From a virus (lineage: Duplodnaviria > Heunggongvirae > Uroviricota > Caudoviricetes): a stretch of DNA of 64,000 nucleotides. The stretch is from IMG/VR virus record IMGVR_UViG_2854395284_000002, positions 27,638 through 91,637 of that record. One strand, given 5' to 3'. Shown here one piece after another: positions 10,224 through 18,774 of this stretch (positions are counted from its first letter, which is position 1; each line of letters opens with the position of its first letter). Position numbers and translations under genes: made by a program. Below the pieces are notes generated by a model. That model was not told where the DNA came from, ran no database searches, and was given only the letters and a program-made list of their open reading frames with translations.

Positions 10224-10304
10224 TACTGACGGTGGGACTCGAACCCACATATCTGTGATCCTGGTGTTTGAAGCCAGTGCGTATGCCAATTCCGCCACGC
10301 CAGC
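10224..10304 (-). tRNA. type II tRNA, probably tRNA-Leu (anticodon CAA)
   Basis: Minus strand GCTGGCGTGGCGGAATTGGCATACGCACTGGCTTCAAACACCAGGATCACAGATATGTGGGTTCGAGTCCCACCGTCAGTA. T-arm GTGGGTTCGAGTCCCAC. Anticodon loop TTCAAAC (U33, anticodon CAA, A37) with a C-A mismatch at the stem base. Variable arm has a 3-bp stem ATC/GAT. Acceptor stem has two G-U pairs. Confidence 0.5.
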
Positions 10305-10460
10305 ATGTGTGCGATAGTTACTTCATCCGTTTAAGACATCTTCTAACGAGGATGCTGATCCAAACCCATCGCTTAAGTGATCAGTTTATTACAAGTGGAG
10401 GCTTGTATTGCGATACATGATAAGTTTTATGTCTTTCATGCTTGGACAATTATTTATTCT

Positions 10461-10676
10461 CTAACAAAAAATCACAGCTAACGTGATAAACAAGAAAATT
10501 AAAATGATTCCGCATGATACTCCAAAACTTACATCCTCTCCCCATCGTTTTTCAACATAAGTAATAATTTTATCATAAGATTTTGCGATAAATGTCATTC
10601 CAAATACAGACACAACTGCAATTGCGACAATTTCTAATACTAACGTTAAAAATAACATTAACCAATATTCATTCAT
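10461..10676 (-). CDS. small two-TM membrane protein
   Basis: 71 aa with two hydrophobic helices. Confidence 0.45.
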   Translation of the reverse strand: MNEYWLMLFLTLVLEIVAIAVVSVFGMTFIAKSYDKIITYVEKRWGEDVSFGVSCGIILIFLFITLAVIFC

Positions 10677-10691
10677 ATGTACATTCTCCTT

Positions 10692-11126
10692 CTAATACTG
10701 TCTAAAAGTAAAACCCTCACCACACTCAGTACAGACAACCGATCCAATTTCAACTTCTGCAAATTCTTGAAATTCATACTTGAATTGAACGTTTTTGCAA
10801 TTAAATCTTTTATGTTTATTTACAACGTGCGAATCCATCCATAAATTAATTGTTGATTTTTCATCTTCTGAAATCGGAAATCCTCTCCGTAAATCTTCCT
10901 GCATAGCTTCGCATTTACTTTTCATCATTTGCAGTTCTGAGTCTTTATAAGATTCTTCCATTAATCTTTTATTCTCTTCTCGCAGTCGAGCAATTTCTTC
11001 GTCACGTTTTTTCAATCCATCTTCAACGTTTTTGACAATGTATGAAGTCTGATTTTCTTTATTTACAAGCTGATCTAGAATTTCGTTAATATTCTTACCC
11101 ATGATCTTATTCTCCAATCTCTTCAT
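10692..11126 (-). CDS. coiled-coil protein with C-terminal zinc ribbon
   Basis: 144 aa. Coiled-coil heptads and C-terminal CKNV...CTECGEGF. Confidence 0.45.
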   Translation of the reverse strand: MKRLENKIMGKNINEILDQLVNKENQTSYIVKNVEDGLKKRDEEIARLREENKRLMEESYKDSELQMMKSKCEAMQEDLRRGFPISEDEKSTINLWMDSHVVNKHKRFNCKNVQFKYEFQEFAEVEIGSVVCTECGEGFTFRQY

Positions 11127-11319
11127 TTAGCCATTTAACACAGTCGTTGATCGCATCAGACCTGTAAATAAATTTCTGTCCAGATGGTGACTCCCATACA
11201 AAAGATGATTCAAAAACAAAATAATTAGTTGGAATACCTGCTTTATCTTGTGTCTTTGTAACTAAATATTCCGCTAATCCATCGACCGGCATAATTCTCA
11301 ACCTATCCAAATTTCGCAT
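11107..11319 (-). CDS. hypothetical protein
   Basis: 70 aa ORF overlapping its neighbour by 20 nt. Confidence 0.35.
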   Translation of the reverse strand: MRNLDRLRIMPVDGLAEYLVTKTQDKAGIPTNYFVFESSFVWESPSGQKFIYRSDAINDCVKWLNEEIGE

Positions 11320-11406
11320 CCTTACACCTCCATATTCTCTCTTGTTGTATAATGTTATTTCACTTAATACTCTGCATGGCTATTACACCATACAGAGTAA
11401 AATATA

Positions 11407-12141
11407 TTATTTTTTCTTAGCTGCTTTTAATGAATCTAATTTCTTTTGAAGCTCTTCATCTTTCATCTTTTTATCCAGACGCTTCATCTGAACGTCAATG
11501 GAATTCTTGTAAGCGATTCTTGTACCGTCAGCCTGTTCTTTTGTTTTCTGAACGCCTTCACGAACCTTTTCAAGCATTCTATCTTCTTCTTGACTTGAAG
11601 CGCTTGTGGCAGATTGTAAAGATTTTACGGTTTCTGCAGCCTCGAGTGTGAATACTGCTTTATCCTTTTCTGCTTTTAAAGATTTAATTTCTTCCTGCAG
11701 AGCTGTTAAATTTTCTTTCTGTACATCTCTATTCTCTTTTAATTCTTTCAGAGTTGTCTTAATCGTTTCAATTTTGTCCGTGATTTCCTGCTGTCTTGCA
11801 AGATATACTTTTGCACCTTCGTCATCATTTCTATCAATACAGGATGCAACACTAAGATCCATCTGCATATTCTCTTTCTGCAACTGTCTTAATTGTGTTT
11901 CATAATTCTGGATTTTACCCTCGACCTGGGTATATAAAGAGTTTGTTTTGGTGTAAGTATCTTCCTTCTTCCAAATAATAGAATTATAGTAGGCTTTTGC
12001 TCCATCTGGCGTAGATGCATCATTGCCAATGATTTCATCTGCTGTTCCTGATGCTCTCATTTTTAGTCTCTTACCCGTTTTAGTTGTTGTAAAAAATACA
12101 ACTGCCGCAATCACAAGAATTACGATAATCAATACTGTCAT
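11407..12141 (-). CDS. membrane-anchored coiled-coil protein, PspA/IM30-like (tentative)
   Basis: 244 aa. N-terminal TM helix, then long heptad coiled-coil segments resembling the PspA/Vipp1 layout. Last gene of the Ter-like operon. Confidence 0.35.
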   Translation of the reverse strand: MTVLIIVILVIAAVVFFTTTKTGKRLKMRASGTADEIIGNDASTPDGAKAYYNSIIWKKEDTYTKTNSLYTQVEGKIQNYETQLRQLQKENMQMDLSVASCIDRNDDEGAKVYLARQQEITDKIETIKTTLKELKENRDVQKENLTALQEEIKSLKAEKDKAVFTLEAAETVKSLQSATSASSQEEDRMLEKVREGVQKTKEQADGTRIAYKNSIDVQMKRLDKKMKDEELQKKLDSLKAAKKK

Positions 12142-12143
12142 AG

Positions 12144-12782
12144 TTAATCCCTACCTTCGTCAATATCAAGTCCAAAGTTTTTAAATAGCTCTGTCATGCC
12201 TCCCATATATCCTGATCCAAGAGCCTGGAATTTGAATCCATCACCGTATCTATAAAGTCTACCCATCTCAACGGCATTGAGCTTTTCAAAATTCTCATTT
12301 TCAGAAAGATCATATTCCCACTTTGTTGTCGGATTGTCATAATCACAGATCATCATAGTTGCGTTATTAGCCATTCCAAAATTCTGTAGTCTCTGTACAG
12401 CTCTGAAAATAGTAAGACAAATTGTAAAATCTGTTCTGTCTGACGGAAATGTATCTGCATGAACAATAAAATATTCATCATAATGATGTCCATCAAAAGT
12501 AATTCCCTGAGAATCGTCACCCGTAAGATTGTCTCCAGAATATTCTACCCACGGATATCCACTACCATCACCATATGTATTATAGTTTACAATATCTTTT
12601 GGATAAGCTACTTTTCGATCTGAATTTGTAAGAAATCCGTTAATATCAAAATCAATATCTGATTCACCTGCATAACGATTCTGATCCCAATTCACACCAA
12701 TGAAAAAGTTTTTGATTGCAGTTCCATCTTCTTTTGTCATACTAATTTTCTGATTTTTGCTCATATTAATTACGTTTGCCAT
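12144..12782 (-). CDS. terD: TerD-family stress/tellurite-resistance protein
   Basis: 212 aa. N-terminal MANVINMSKNQKISMTKEDG...IGVNWDQ and DIDFDINGFL match the TerD signature (VSLSKGxNVSLTK ... LGWD ... DLDASAFLL). Confidence 0.75.
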   Translation of the reverse strand: MANVINMSKNQKISMTKEDGTAIKNFFIGVNWDQNRYAGESDIDFDINGFLTNSDRKVAYPKDIVNYNTYGDGSGYPWVEYSGDNLTGDDSQGITFDGHHYDEYFIVHADTFPSDRTDFTICLTIFRAVQRLQNFGMANNATMMICDYDNPTTKWEYDLSENENFEKLNAVEMGRLYRYGDGFKFQALGSGYMGGMTELFKNFGLDIDEGRD

Positions 12783-12801
12783 AATTATGTATTCTCCTTT
12801 T

Positions 12802-13620
12802 TTACTGTTTGTTATTTAGCCAATCTTTGTATGGTCTCAAAAGCTCTGTATATAGTTCTTCGTCAGTCATTCTGTTCATGTTTTTGACTGCGATAAATCC
12901 AGTGTTGTCACATTTTCTACCCTTCATATCATCCAGAGATCTCAGATAACTAAAATTCTCATTTCCAATGCCAACAAACTGTACAAACATATTGTAATTA
13001 GAAAGCTCTTTCACAATTTTATTTGTTTCGTCTGTATCCCAATTTTCACCATCTGTAATAAAAATGATAAATGCTGGAATTGTACTTGGCTCAATATCCT
13101 TATAATAGGAAACAATATCTTTCAAGACTGGAGCGTAATTAGTTCCACCCATACTCATATGAGAATTCATCATAATTTTTCGAACATAGTTCTTATAATT
13201 ATCAATTGTCACTGGTTTCAAAGAATCAAAATCATTTGAAAATAGCCAAGATTCTAACTCCCCATTATCATCAAATTTAAGAGCGATTGGCAAAAGTCTT
13301 GTAATTACATCTTGTACAGATCCGTTTCTAAAAAGATTACCCATACTTCCAGAGTAATCCATAGCGAGCGCAACCCTTGCTTGATGCTTAGTCATATCAA
13401 TTTTGCTTGATTTCGACATATTAATTAGCACATTATTTAAATTTTCTGCTGACTTAGACATATCAATTACAACTTGCTGCGCTGTATTTTCTTCATGTAC
13501 CACAGCGGATGTATTATCCGCCATAGTATTTGTTGTTGTAGTCTTTTTTCCAAAAAGTTTGTCAAATAGTCCCATGATTTTTATTCTCTCCTTTGATAAA
13601 TAATTTTCGAATAACATCAA
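12802..13620 (-). CDS. von Willebrand factor A (vWA) domain protein, TerY-like
   Basis: 272 aa. MIDAS motif AMDYSGSM and TDGE. N-terminal region has a TerD-like strand motif (VIDMSKS..INMSKSSKIDMTK). The true start is possibly the internal Met (MGLFDKLF, about 13575). Confidence 0.65.
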   Translation of the reverse strand: MMLFENYLSKERIKIMGLFDKLFGKKTTTTNTMADNTSAVVHEENTAQQVVIDMSKSAENLNNVLINMSKSSKIDMTKHQARVALAMDYSGSMGNLFRNGSVQDVITRLLPIALKFDDNGELESWLFSNDFDSLKPVTIDNYKNYVRKIMMNSHMSMGGTNYAPVLKDIVSYYKDIEPSTIPAFIIFITDGENWDTDETNKIVKELSNYNMFVQFVGIGNENFSYLRSLDDMKGRKCDNTGFIAVKNMNRMTDEELYTELLRPYKDWLNNKQ

Positions 13621-16177
13621 CCACGATTACAGTGAGTGATAGTCCAATGATTGCGATCCACTGACTCATATTCATTGCTGTTGCCTGGATAAGTCCGCCG
13701 AGTGCATTACATAAAGCAATAGTTCCAAGTACAATACCTGCTGCAATATATACAAATGTTTTATTGTTTTTCAGTCCATTGAGCAAATTAATATGTTCTG
13801 TACGAATACCAAATCCATTGCATACAGACATGATGCAAAGCATTGCAAATCTTGCAGTCATAGCTTCGACATCTGTTGTAAATAATTTTGATACTGGTGA
13901 AAACATAAGAATTCCATATAGTACAATAAATGTTACTGTGCTAATAGTAATTCGTTTCTTTGCACCTCGAATAAACAATCCAGAACCCTTCTTAATTGGA
14001 TTCTCTGTCATATATTCAGCTTTCGGAGGTTCCCCGCCAAATGACAATGAATTAAGTGAATCCATGATAATATTGATAATCAGAATCTGAACGGAAGCTA
14101 GTAATGCTCCGCCAGATAAAATAGGAAATAGAATACTTAAAACCAGAAGTGAAAAGTTGATTGGCAACTGAAACTCCAAAAACATCATGATATCGTGCAT
14201 AAATGTTCTACCAAGTTCCACGCCTCTAATAATACTTGCGAAGTTATTGTCTGTTAGAATAATATCGGATGCTTCTTTTGCAACATCTGTTCCAGCTTCC
14301 ATGCCAAAGCCTACATCCGCTTTCTTTAAAGCAGGAGAATCATTTGTCCCATCTCCCGTCATTCCAACAGATCTACCAAGCTCCTGTGCAAGACTTACAA
14401 GTCTAAGCTTTGTATTAGGAGAGCATCTGGAAATAACTCTAAGAGTTGGAATAATCTTCTTAATTTCATCATCAGACATTGCCTCGAACTGTGCATTTGT
14501 AAGAGCAAGATCCCCTTCTTTATAAATACAAGCTTCTGTCGCTACTGCTACTGCAGTCTCATGGCAATCACCAGTAATTTCAATAACTTGAATACCTGCT
14601 TCATGCGCAATCTGTACAGCCTGTGGAACTTCTTTTCTTACTGGATCAACGACGCCAATAATTCCTAGAAATACCATATCATCTGGTAATGTATTCTCAA
14701 CAATGTTCCCATTCGCCATCGCCAATGCGATGCAGCGCATGGATTTTTTCGTCATTGATTTGATAACATTTAAAAGTCTCTCTTTATCTTGTTTATTAAA
14801 CGCTACAGGCTCTGAAATTAACATTTTAGAACAATGTTCGATAAGTTTCTCTGGCGCACCTTTATAATAGGAAATTCCGCTCTCAGACGTACAGGAAGAG
14901 TACTTATATTCACTTTGAAATACCTGTTTCATAATAATTTTGTTGTTTTTCTGAATGTCAAAAAACTCAGTAAAATCAACGTATTTTAAGATTGCTCTGT
15001 CAATAGAGTTTCCGCCTGTGATATTATTCTCTGCATCATATGTGGCACTATTGTTCAAACAGATATTTTGTTTGATGCAATCCCAAAGATTAGTACCCTG
15101 ATCAACTTCATTGCCATATCCGTCAATGACAGTCGTAGGTGTCATAACTCCTGTTGTAAGAGTTCCTGTTTTGTCAGTACAAATTAGATCTACGTATGCA
15201 AGTTCTGGAATCTTGTTTGGATTTTTTGCAAGAATATTGAATCGTTCCATTGTCTTGACATTCTGTTTTGTAACAAGCTTGATAATTAATGGAAGTCCTT
15301 CTGGAACAGCAGCCACAATGATTGTTAGAGCAACCGAAATATTCTGTGCAATCTTTTGGATAACTTCTAGCACACCACCATTGATATATTCCCTGAATCC
15401 AATATGCGCAATATCCGTTACCATCAGTGCAATAAACGTGACGACTGCAGCAATCGTTCCATATCTCGAAATTGTATCACAAAGTTTATCGATCGCAATC
15501 TGAAGTGCTGTTTTAGGTGGCTCAAGTGTCTGCATTTTTACAAGTGTGTCACCATTTATGGTGTTTACGCCAACTTCGCCTACGATCATCTTTCCTTCGC
15601 CAGACAGAATCGTTGTTCCAGCAAATAAGCTATTTTGATTCGTAAAATCATCGGTGGATGTTGATTTTTTGTATACATAACCATTAATTGGAATTTTCTG
15701 ACATTCTTTACTTTCTCCGTTGATAGCAGCATTGCTTACAGAAATTTTACCCTCAATAATATATCCATCCGCGTAAATTTCCTGTCCAGTTCCAATACAA
15801 ACCACATCACCAACAACTAAATTATCTTTGTTGATTGTCTGAACTTGCCCATCTCTGATAACATCACAATACCTAGTTGATGTCTTTGCTCTTAGTTCTT
15901 GTGTTGATTTTTGAATACCAAGCGCCATTTTTACACCAATATATGTACATAATGAAATAACTAAAATCACCATGATTGGTTCTGAAAATGATGCCAATCC
16001 AAATACTGCAGCGAAAATCCCATATGCAGATAATGCTAATAACAGCATCAGCGTTTTATCACCAAAGATATTTTCAATCGCAAATTCATACCACTTTTTA
16101 AGTTTTGGTTCTGGTAGTTTGTTTGAGCCATATTTTTCCCGACTCATTTTTACTTGTTCGTTTGTTAGTCCTTTCAA
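13562..16177 (-). CDS. P-type cation-transporting ATPase, P2 (Ca2+-ATPase-like)
   Basis: 871 aa. Phosphorylation motif ICTDKTGTLT, plus TGDCHETA and TGDGTNDSPALKKADVGFGM. N-terminal LTNEQV..YGSNKL as in Ca/cation pumps. Ten predicted TM helices. Confidence 0.85.
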   Translation of the reverse strand: MKGLTNEQVKMSREKYGSNKLPEPKLKKWYEFAIENIFGDKTLMLLLALSAYGIFAAVFGLASFSEPIMVILVISLCTYIGVKMALGIQKSTQELRAKTSTRYCDVIRDGQVQTINKDNLVVGDVVCIGTGQEIYADGYIIEGKISVSNAAINGESKECQKIPINGYVYKKSTSTDDFTNQNSLFAGTTILSGEGKMIVGEVGVNTINGDTLVKMQTLEPPKTALQIAIDKLCDTISRYGTIAAVVTFIALMVTDIAHIGFREYINGGVLEVIQKIAQNISVALTIIVAAVPEGLPLIIKLVTKQNVKTMERFNILAKNPNKIPELAYVDLICTDKTGTLTTGVMTPTTVIDGYGNEVDQGTNLWDCIKQNICLNNSATYDAENNITGGNSIDRAILKYVDFTEFFDIQKNNKIIMKQVFQSEYKYSSCTSESGISYYKGAPEKLIEHCSKMLISEPVAFNKQDKERLLNVIKSMTKKSMRCIALAMANGNIVENTLPDDMVFLGIIGVVDPVRKEVPQAVQIAHEAGIQVIEITGDCHETAVAVATEACIYKEGDLALTNAQFEAMSDDEIKKIIPTLRVISRCSPNTKLRLVSLAQELGRSVGMTGDGTNDSPALKKADVGFGMEAGTDVAKEASDIILTDNNFASIIRGVELGRTFMHDIMMFLEFQLPINFSLLVLSILFPILSGGALLASVQILIINIIMDSLNSLSFGGEPPKAEYMTENPIKKGSGLFIRGAKKRITISTVTFIVLYGILMFSPVSKLFTTDVEAMTARFAMLCIMSVCNGFGIRTEHINLLNGLKNNKTFVYIAAGIVLGTIALCNALGGLIQATAMNMSQWIAIIGLSLTVIVVDVIRKLFIKGENKNHGTI

Positions 16178-16267
16178 TTTTACACTCCTTTTCTATTTGT
16201 TTTAGAACATTTATAACAAAGATGAGTCAAAAATAATAATGACCATCTTAGTCATACTTATTTATTC

Positions 16268-16690
16268 TCAATCTATAACCACATTTATCGGATATAAGTG
16301 ATCCTTGCAATATTCCAGAAAATCATCTGCTGTCAAATAATTCTTCATCCCATTTAAAGTCATATTCTCTATAACCTCTGCATCTAACGAATATGAAAAA
16401 CATGGATTTTCTTTATATAATTCAAAACTCTTATGTTCATAATCATCCCAACTTCCATAAAAGGAATTGATAATACTATCTATTTTTGAAACAGGATATC
16501 TTTTTTCGTATAATAATTTTGCTTGTTTTTCTGACTCGGTATAAATGTATTTTTCTCTTCCTGTCACATGATGATAGCAAATTTCCTTTTCATATCTTGT
16601 TCTATTAAGAAATATATCCATAGAAGATGTTTCTTTTCTTTTATGTGCATTGAATCCTTGCGTCAATGTCACTTTGTATATTTTCTTCAT
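16268..16690 (-). CDS. hypothetical protein
   Basis: 140 aa ORF. Confidence 0.45.
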   Translation of the reverse strand: MKKIYKVTLTQGFNAHKRKETSSMDIFLNRTRYEKEICYHHVTGREKYIYTESEKQAKLLYEKRYPVSKIDSIINSFYGSWDDYEHKSFELYKENPCFSYSLDAEVIENMTLNGMKNYLTADDFLEYCKDHLYPINVVID

Positions 16691-16974
16691 TTCTGTATTC
16701 TCCGAACTTCTAACAAACTGTCATCGTTTTCTTCTTTAAGTTGCTCCAAGTCTTTCCAAATCGCATACCCTGAATCATTTTCACCACAGTAATAATGTTT
16801 CTCCCCATTAATTATTCTCCAATATTTCCTATTGGTTTTATAGTAAACTCCATCTTTTGCAAATTCTTCTTTTGTGTACGAAGCAATTATTTTATCATTG
16901 ATAGGAAAACTAATCTCTACGAAATCTATTCCATCAGCATTAATGCTGTCCATATACTCTAACAATTCTTTCAT
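16687..16974 (-). CDS. hypothetical protein
   Basis: 95 aa ORF. Its ATG directly abuts the stop of the frame-broken upstream ORF (TAAATG). Confidence 0.45.
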   Translation of the reverse strand: MKELLEYMDSINADGIDFVEISFPINDKIIASYTKEEFAKDGVYYKTNRKYWRIINGEKHYYCGENDSGYAIWKDLEQLKEENDDSLLEVRRIQK

Positions 16975-17183
16975 TTACTCATTCTCCATCTCATATGGTG
17001 TATATTCATAAGGTTTTCTGTATTCCAAAATCCTATATACCCTGTCAGAAAAATCATGCAGCCAAGTTTCTAAATCTGCATTGCATCCTCATGTATCTCA
17101 CCTCGCTTTATCGCATTCATGAAAATTTAAAAGCATCTGATACTTATATTCTCCAAATCTTTTCTTCCAACGTTCTTTTTGTT
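16975..17183 (-). pseudogene. frame-broken small ORF (possible remnant 3' part of the disrupted Pnk-like gene)
   Basis: A 209-nt ORF-poor segment. Frame 1 gives MNAIKRGEIHEDAMQI-stop. Frame 3 gives ...CNADLETWLHDFSDRVYRILEYRKPYEYTPYEMENE-stop and ends translationally coupled (TAAATG) to gene 16687..16974. Confidence 0.3.
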
Positions 17184-18017
17184 TTAATATTTATACTTCC
17201 ACTTATACCCTTTGCACAAAACATCTTTTTCGCATGATTTTATTATTCCAGACAAACCTTTTAGCCCTACTGATTTTGCCGCATCTGTAATTGATGCAAA
17301 TTCTTCAATAAAATTATTGTTCTCATCACATTTCATAACTGCTTTCTTTTTATTTGCCATCGTCGCTTTATATTCTCCGATATTACCTTTTTTCTCAAAA
17401 CTCCATCTATAATTATTTGCAGATTGTTGAGAGCCATTTAAACATAAACTTATATCTGTATTTCTTGTTCCTGTTTTTCTTCCGGCTTCAGCAATTGACC
17501 AAAATTCATCTATATATTCGCCATCCATTTGATATCTATATACAGTTTTGCCCCTAGTCTTTGAAGCAGACGAAAATCCTCTTCTCTTGCTTTCTTCAGA
17601 TGAGTATTTATCATAACCTTCCAAAATATGAATAATTTGATATTTTCCATGTTTAGTTATTTCATGAATGTCTTTAATAGTTTTTCCTTCATCCCACAGA
17701 CGATATATATTTGCTCTATCAATTGTATTTTTTAATGTATCTCCACCAATTGTTTGATTGTAACCATCGTTGTATGTATCGTAATATTCTATCCAATAAA
17801 TTTCTCGTTCGTTTAATTCTTCTTGTGAACATTCTTCTAAAACAATTAATTCAAAATTACTTTCACCATATTTTCTTATTGCCTTATGAATTGCCATATT
17901 GTAAGCTTTTTTGTTTACTTGTGCATTATATGATTCACTCAAATGATTTCTATATCTATACCATATATCTATACTTTGACCTATATATTTTTTATCGTTT
18001 ATTTTATTGCGTATCAT
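17184..18017 (-). CDS. GIY-YIG homing endonuclease with NUMOD-type DNA-binding modules
   Basis: 277 aa. N-terminal KYIGQSIDIWYRYRNH is a GIY-YIG motif (YIGQS ... R ... H). C-terminal repeats ANNYRWSF and GYKWKYKY are typical of I-TevI/Seg-like enzymes. Confidence 0.75.
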   Translation of the reverse strand: MIRNKINDKKYIGQSIDIWYRYRNHLSESYNAQVNKKAYNMAIHKAIRKYGESNFELIVLEECSQEELNEREIYWIEYYDTYNDGYNQTIGGDTLKNTIDRANIYRLWDEGKTIKDIHEITKHGKYQIIHILEGYDKYSSEESKRRGFSSASKTRGKTVYRYQMDGEYIDEFWSIAEAGRKTGTRNTDISLCLNGSQQSANNYRWSFEKKGNIGEYKATMANKKKAVMKCDENNNFIEEFASITDAAKSVGLKGLSGIIKSCEKDVLCKGYKWKYKY

Positions 18018-18035
18018 ATATATTCCACAATAAAT

Positions 18036-18146
18036 TTTTCTTTTTGTTATTTATTATTCATCTCCTTCTTTGGATTATTTTTTACAATTTCTTTTGCTAC
18101 ACTTGATTTTCCACTTCCACTCAGCCCGCACATAACCCAAAGCGTA
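18036..18146 (-). pseudogene. truncated N-terminal fragment of a polynucleotide-kinase-like P-loop kinase (AAA_33/Pnk-like)
   Basis: 36-codon ORF MNRPTLWVMCGLSGSGKSSVAKEIVKNNPKKEMNNK-stop. Walker A GLSGSGKS, and it resembles the T4 Pnk N-terminus ([20 protein letters not shown]). The start is translationally coupled (TAATG) to the upstream gene. It stops 18 nt before the homing-endonuclease ATG. Confidence 0.45.
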
Positions 18147-18156
18147 GGTCTATTCA

Positions 18157-18681
18157 TTATGCAAAACATTCTTTCGTAAAATCATAACCATCCTTATCAT
18201 GGAAATATAATGGTTCTCTGCTTTCATCAATATATCTTCTTTCGCTATAAGGATCTAATTTATGATACTCTACATGGTCATATGGCATTTTAATGTCATA
18301 ATCATCTTCTGTAGACTCAACAAGATAATCTCTACCACCAAATATATGATTCGGAATACCTTCTGGAATATGTTTCATATACTTTGGTTCTCTATTTACA
18401 TGGCTAGTAAATTCTTCTTTCAGCCCTTCGATAGTATACTGTTTGCCATACTCATCAAAAATTTCAATATCCATTCTATGAAATTCTAAGAACTTCAGCA
18501 TATCTTCTACTGATTTATAAGCATTACCGTGCCACTCAAACAAAGGTTTCCAACCATAACTCAGTTTCATGATATGCACTTCATATCCAAAATAAGGTGA
18601 ATCTGTAAGCTCGTACTCATTGTCAAAATACTTTGTCACAAGTTCCTTATCTTTTATCATCATATAATAATTTGTCCCCAC
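18157..18681 (-). CDS. hypothetical protein
   Basis: 174 aa ORF. Confidence 0.45.
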   Translation of the reverse strand: MGTNYYMMIKDKELVTKYFDNEYELTDSPYFGYEVHIMKLSYGWKPLFEWHGNAYKSVEDMLKFLEFHRMDIEIFDEYGKQYTIEGLKEEFTSHVNREPKYMKHIPEGIPNHIFGGRDYLVESTEDDYDIKMPYDHVEYHKLDPYSERRYIDESREPLYFHDKDGYDFTKECFA

Positions 18682-18774
18682 GTTCTCACCACCCTTTGTA
18701 AACTAATCTCTTATCCAGACTCCAGTAATTGCAAGTCCATTATCAGACTCTACAGTTAAATCAGCTATTCATCA

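Noticed and set aside
10224-10304. Possible opal-suppressor (UCA anticodon) or tRNA-Sec reading of the second tRNA. This could have explained the in-frame TGA at 19433.
   Set aside because: Only the TTCAAAC loop (anticodon CAA) is compatible with a base-paired anticodon stem. Placing UCA at positions 34-36 leaves the stem unpaired.
13764-15628. Plus-strand ORFs inside the P-type ATPase gene (13764..14090, 14187..14525, 15111..15503, 15404..15628). Similar antisense ORFs occur elsewhere (e.g. 31364..31882, 5122..5520, 17711..18106).
   Set aside because: They are antisense shadow ORFs of strongly supported minus-strand genes, with low-complexity translations and no RBS.
16975-18146. Canonical group I intron carrying the GIY-YIG ORF.
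   Set aside because: Only about 20-80 nt are available between the kinase exon-like ORF and the endonuclease ATG. That is too little for a P1-P6 core upstream of the ORF. Kept as a minority alternative pending a covariance-model scan.
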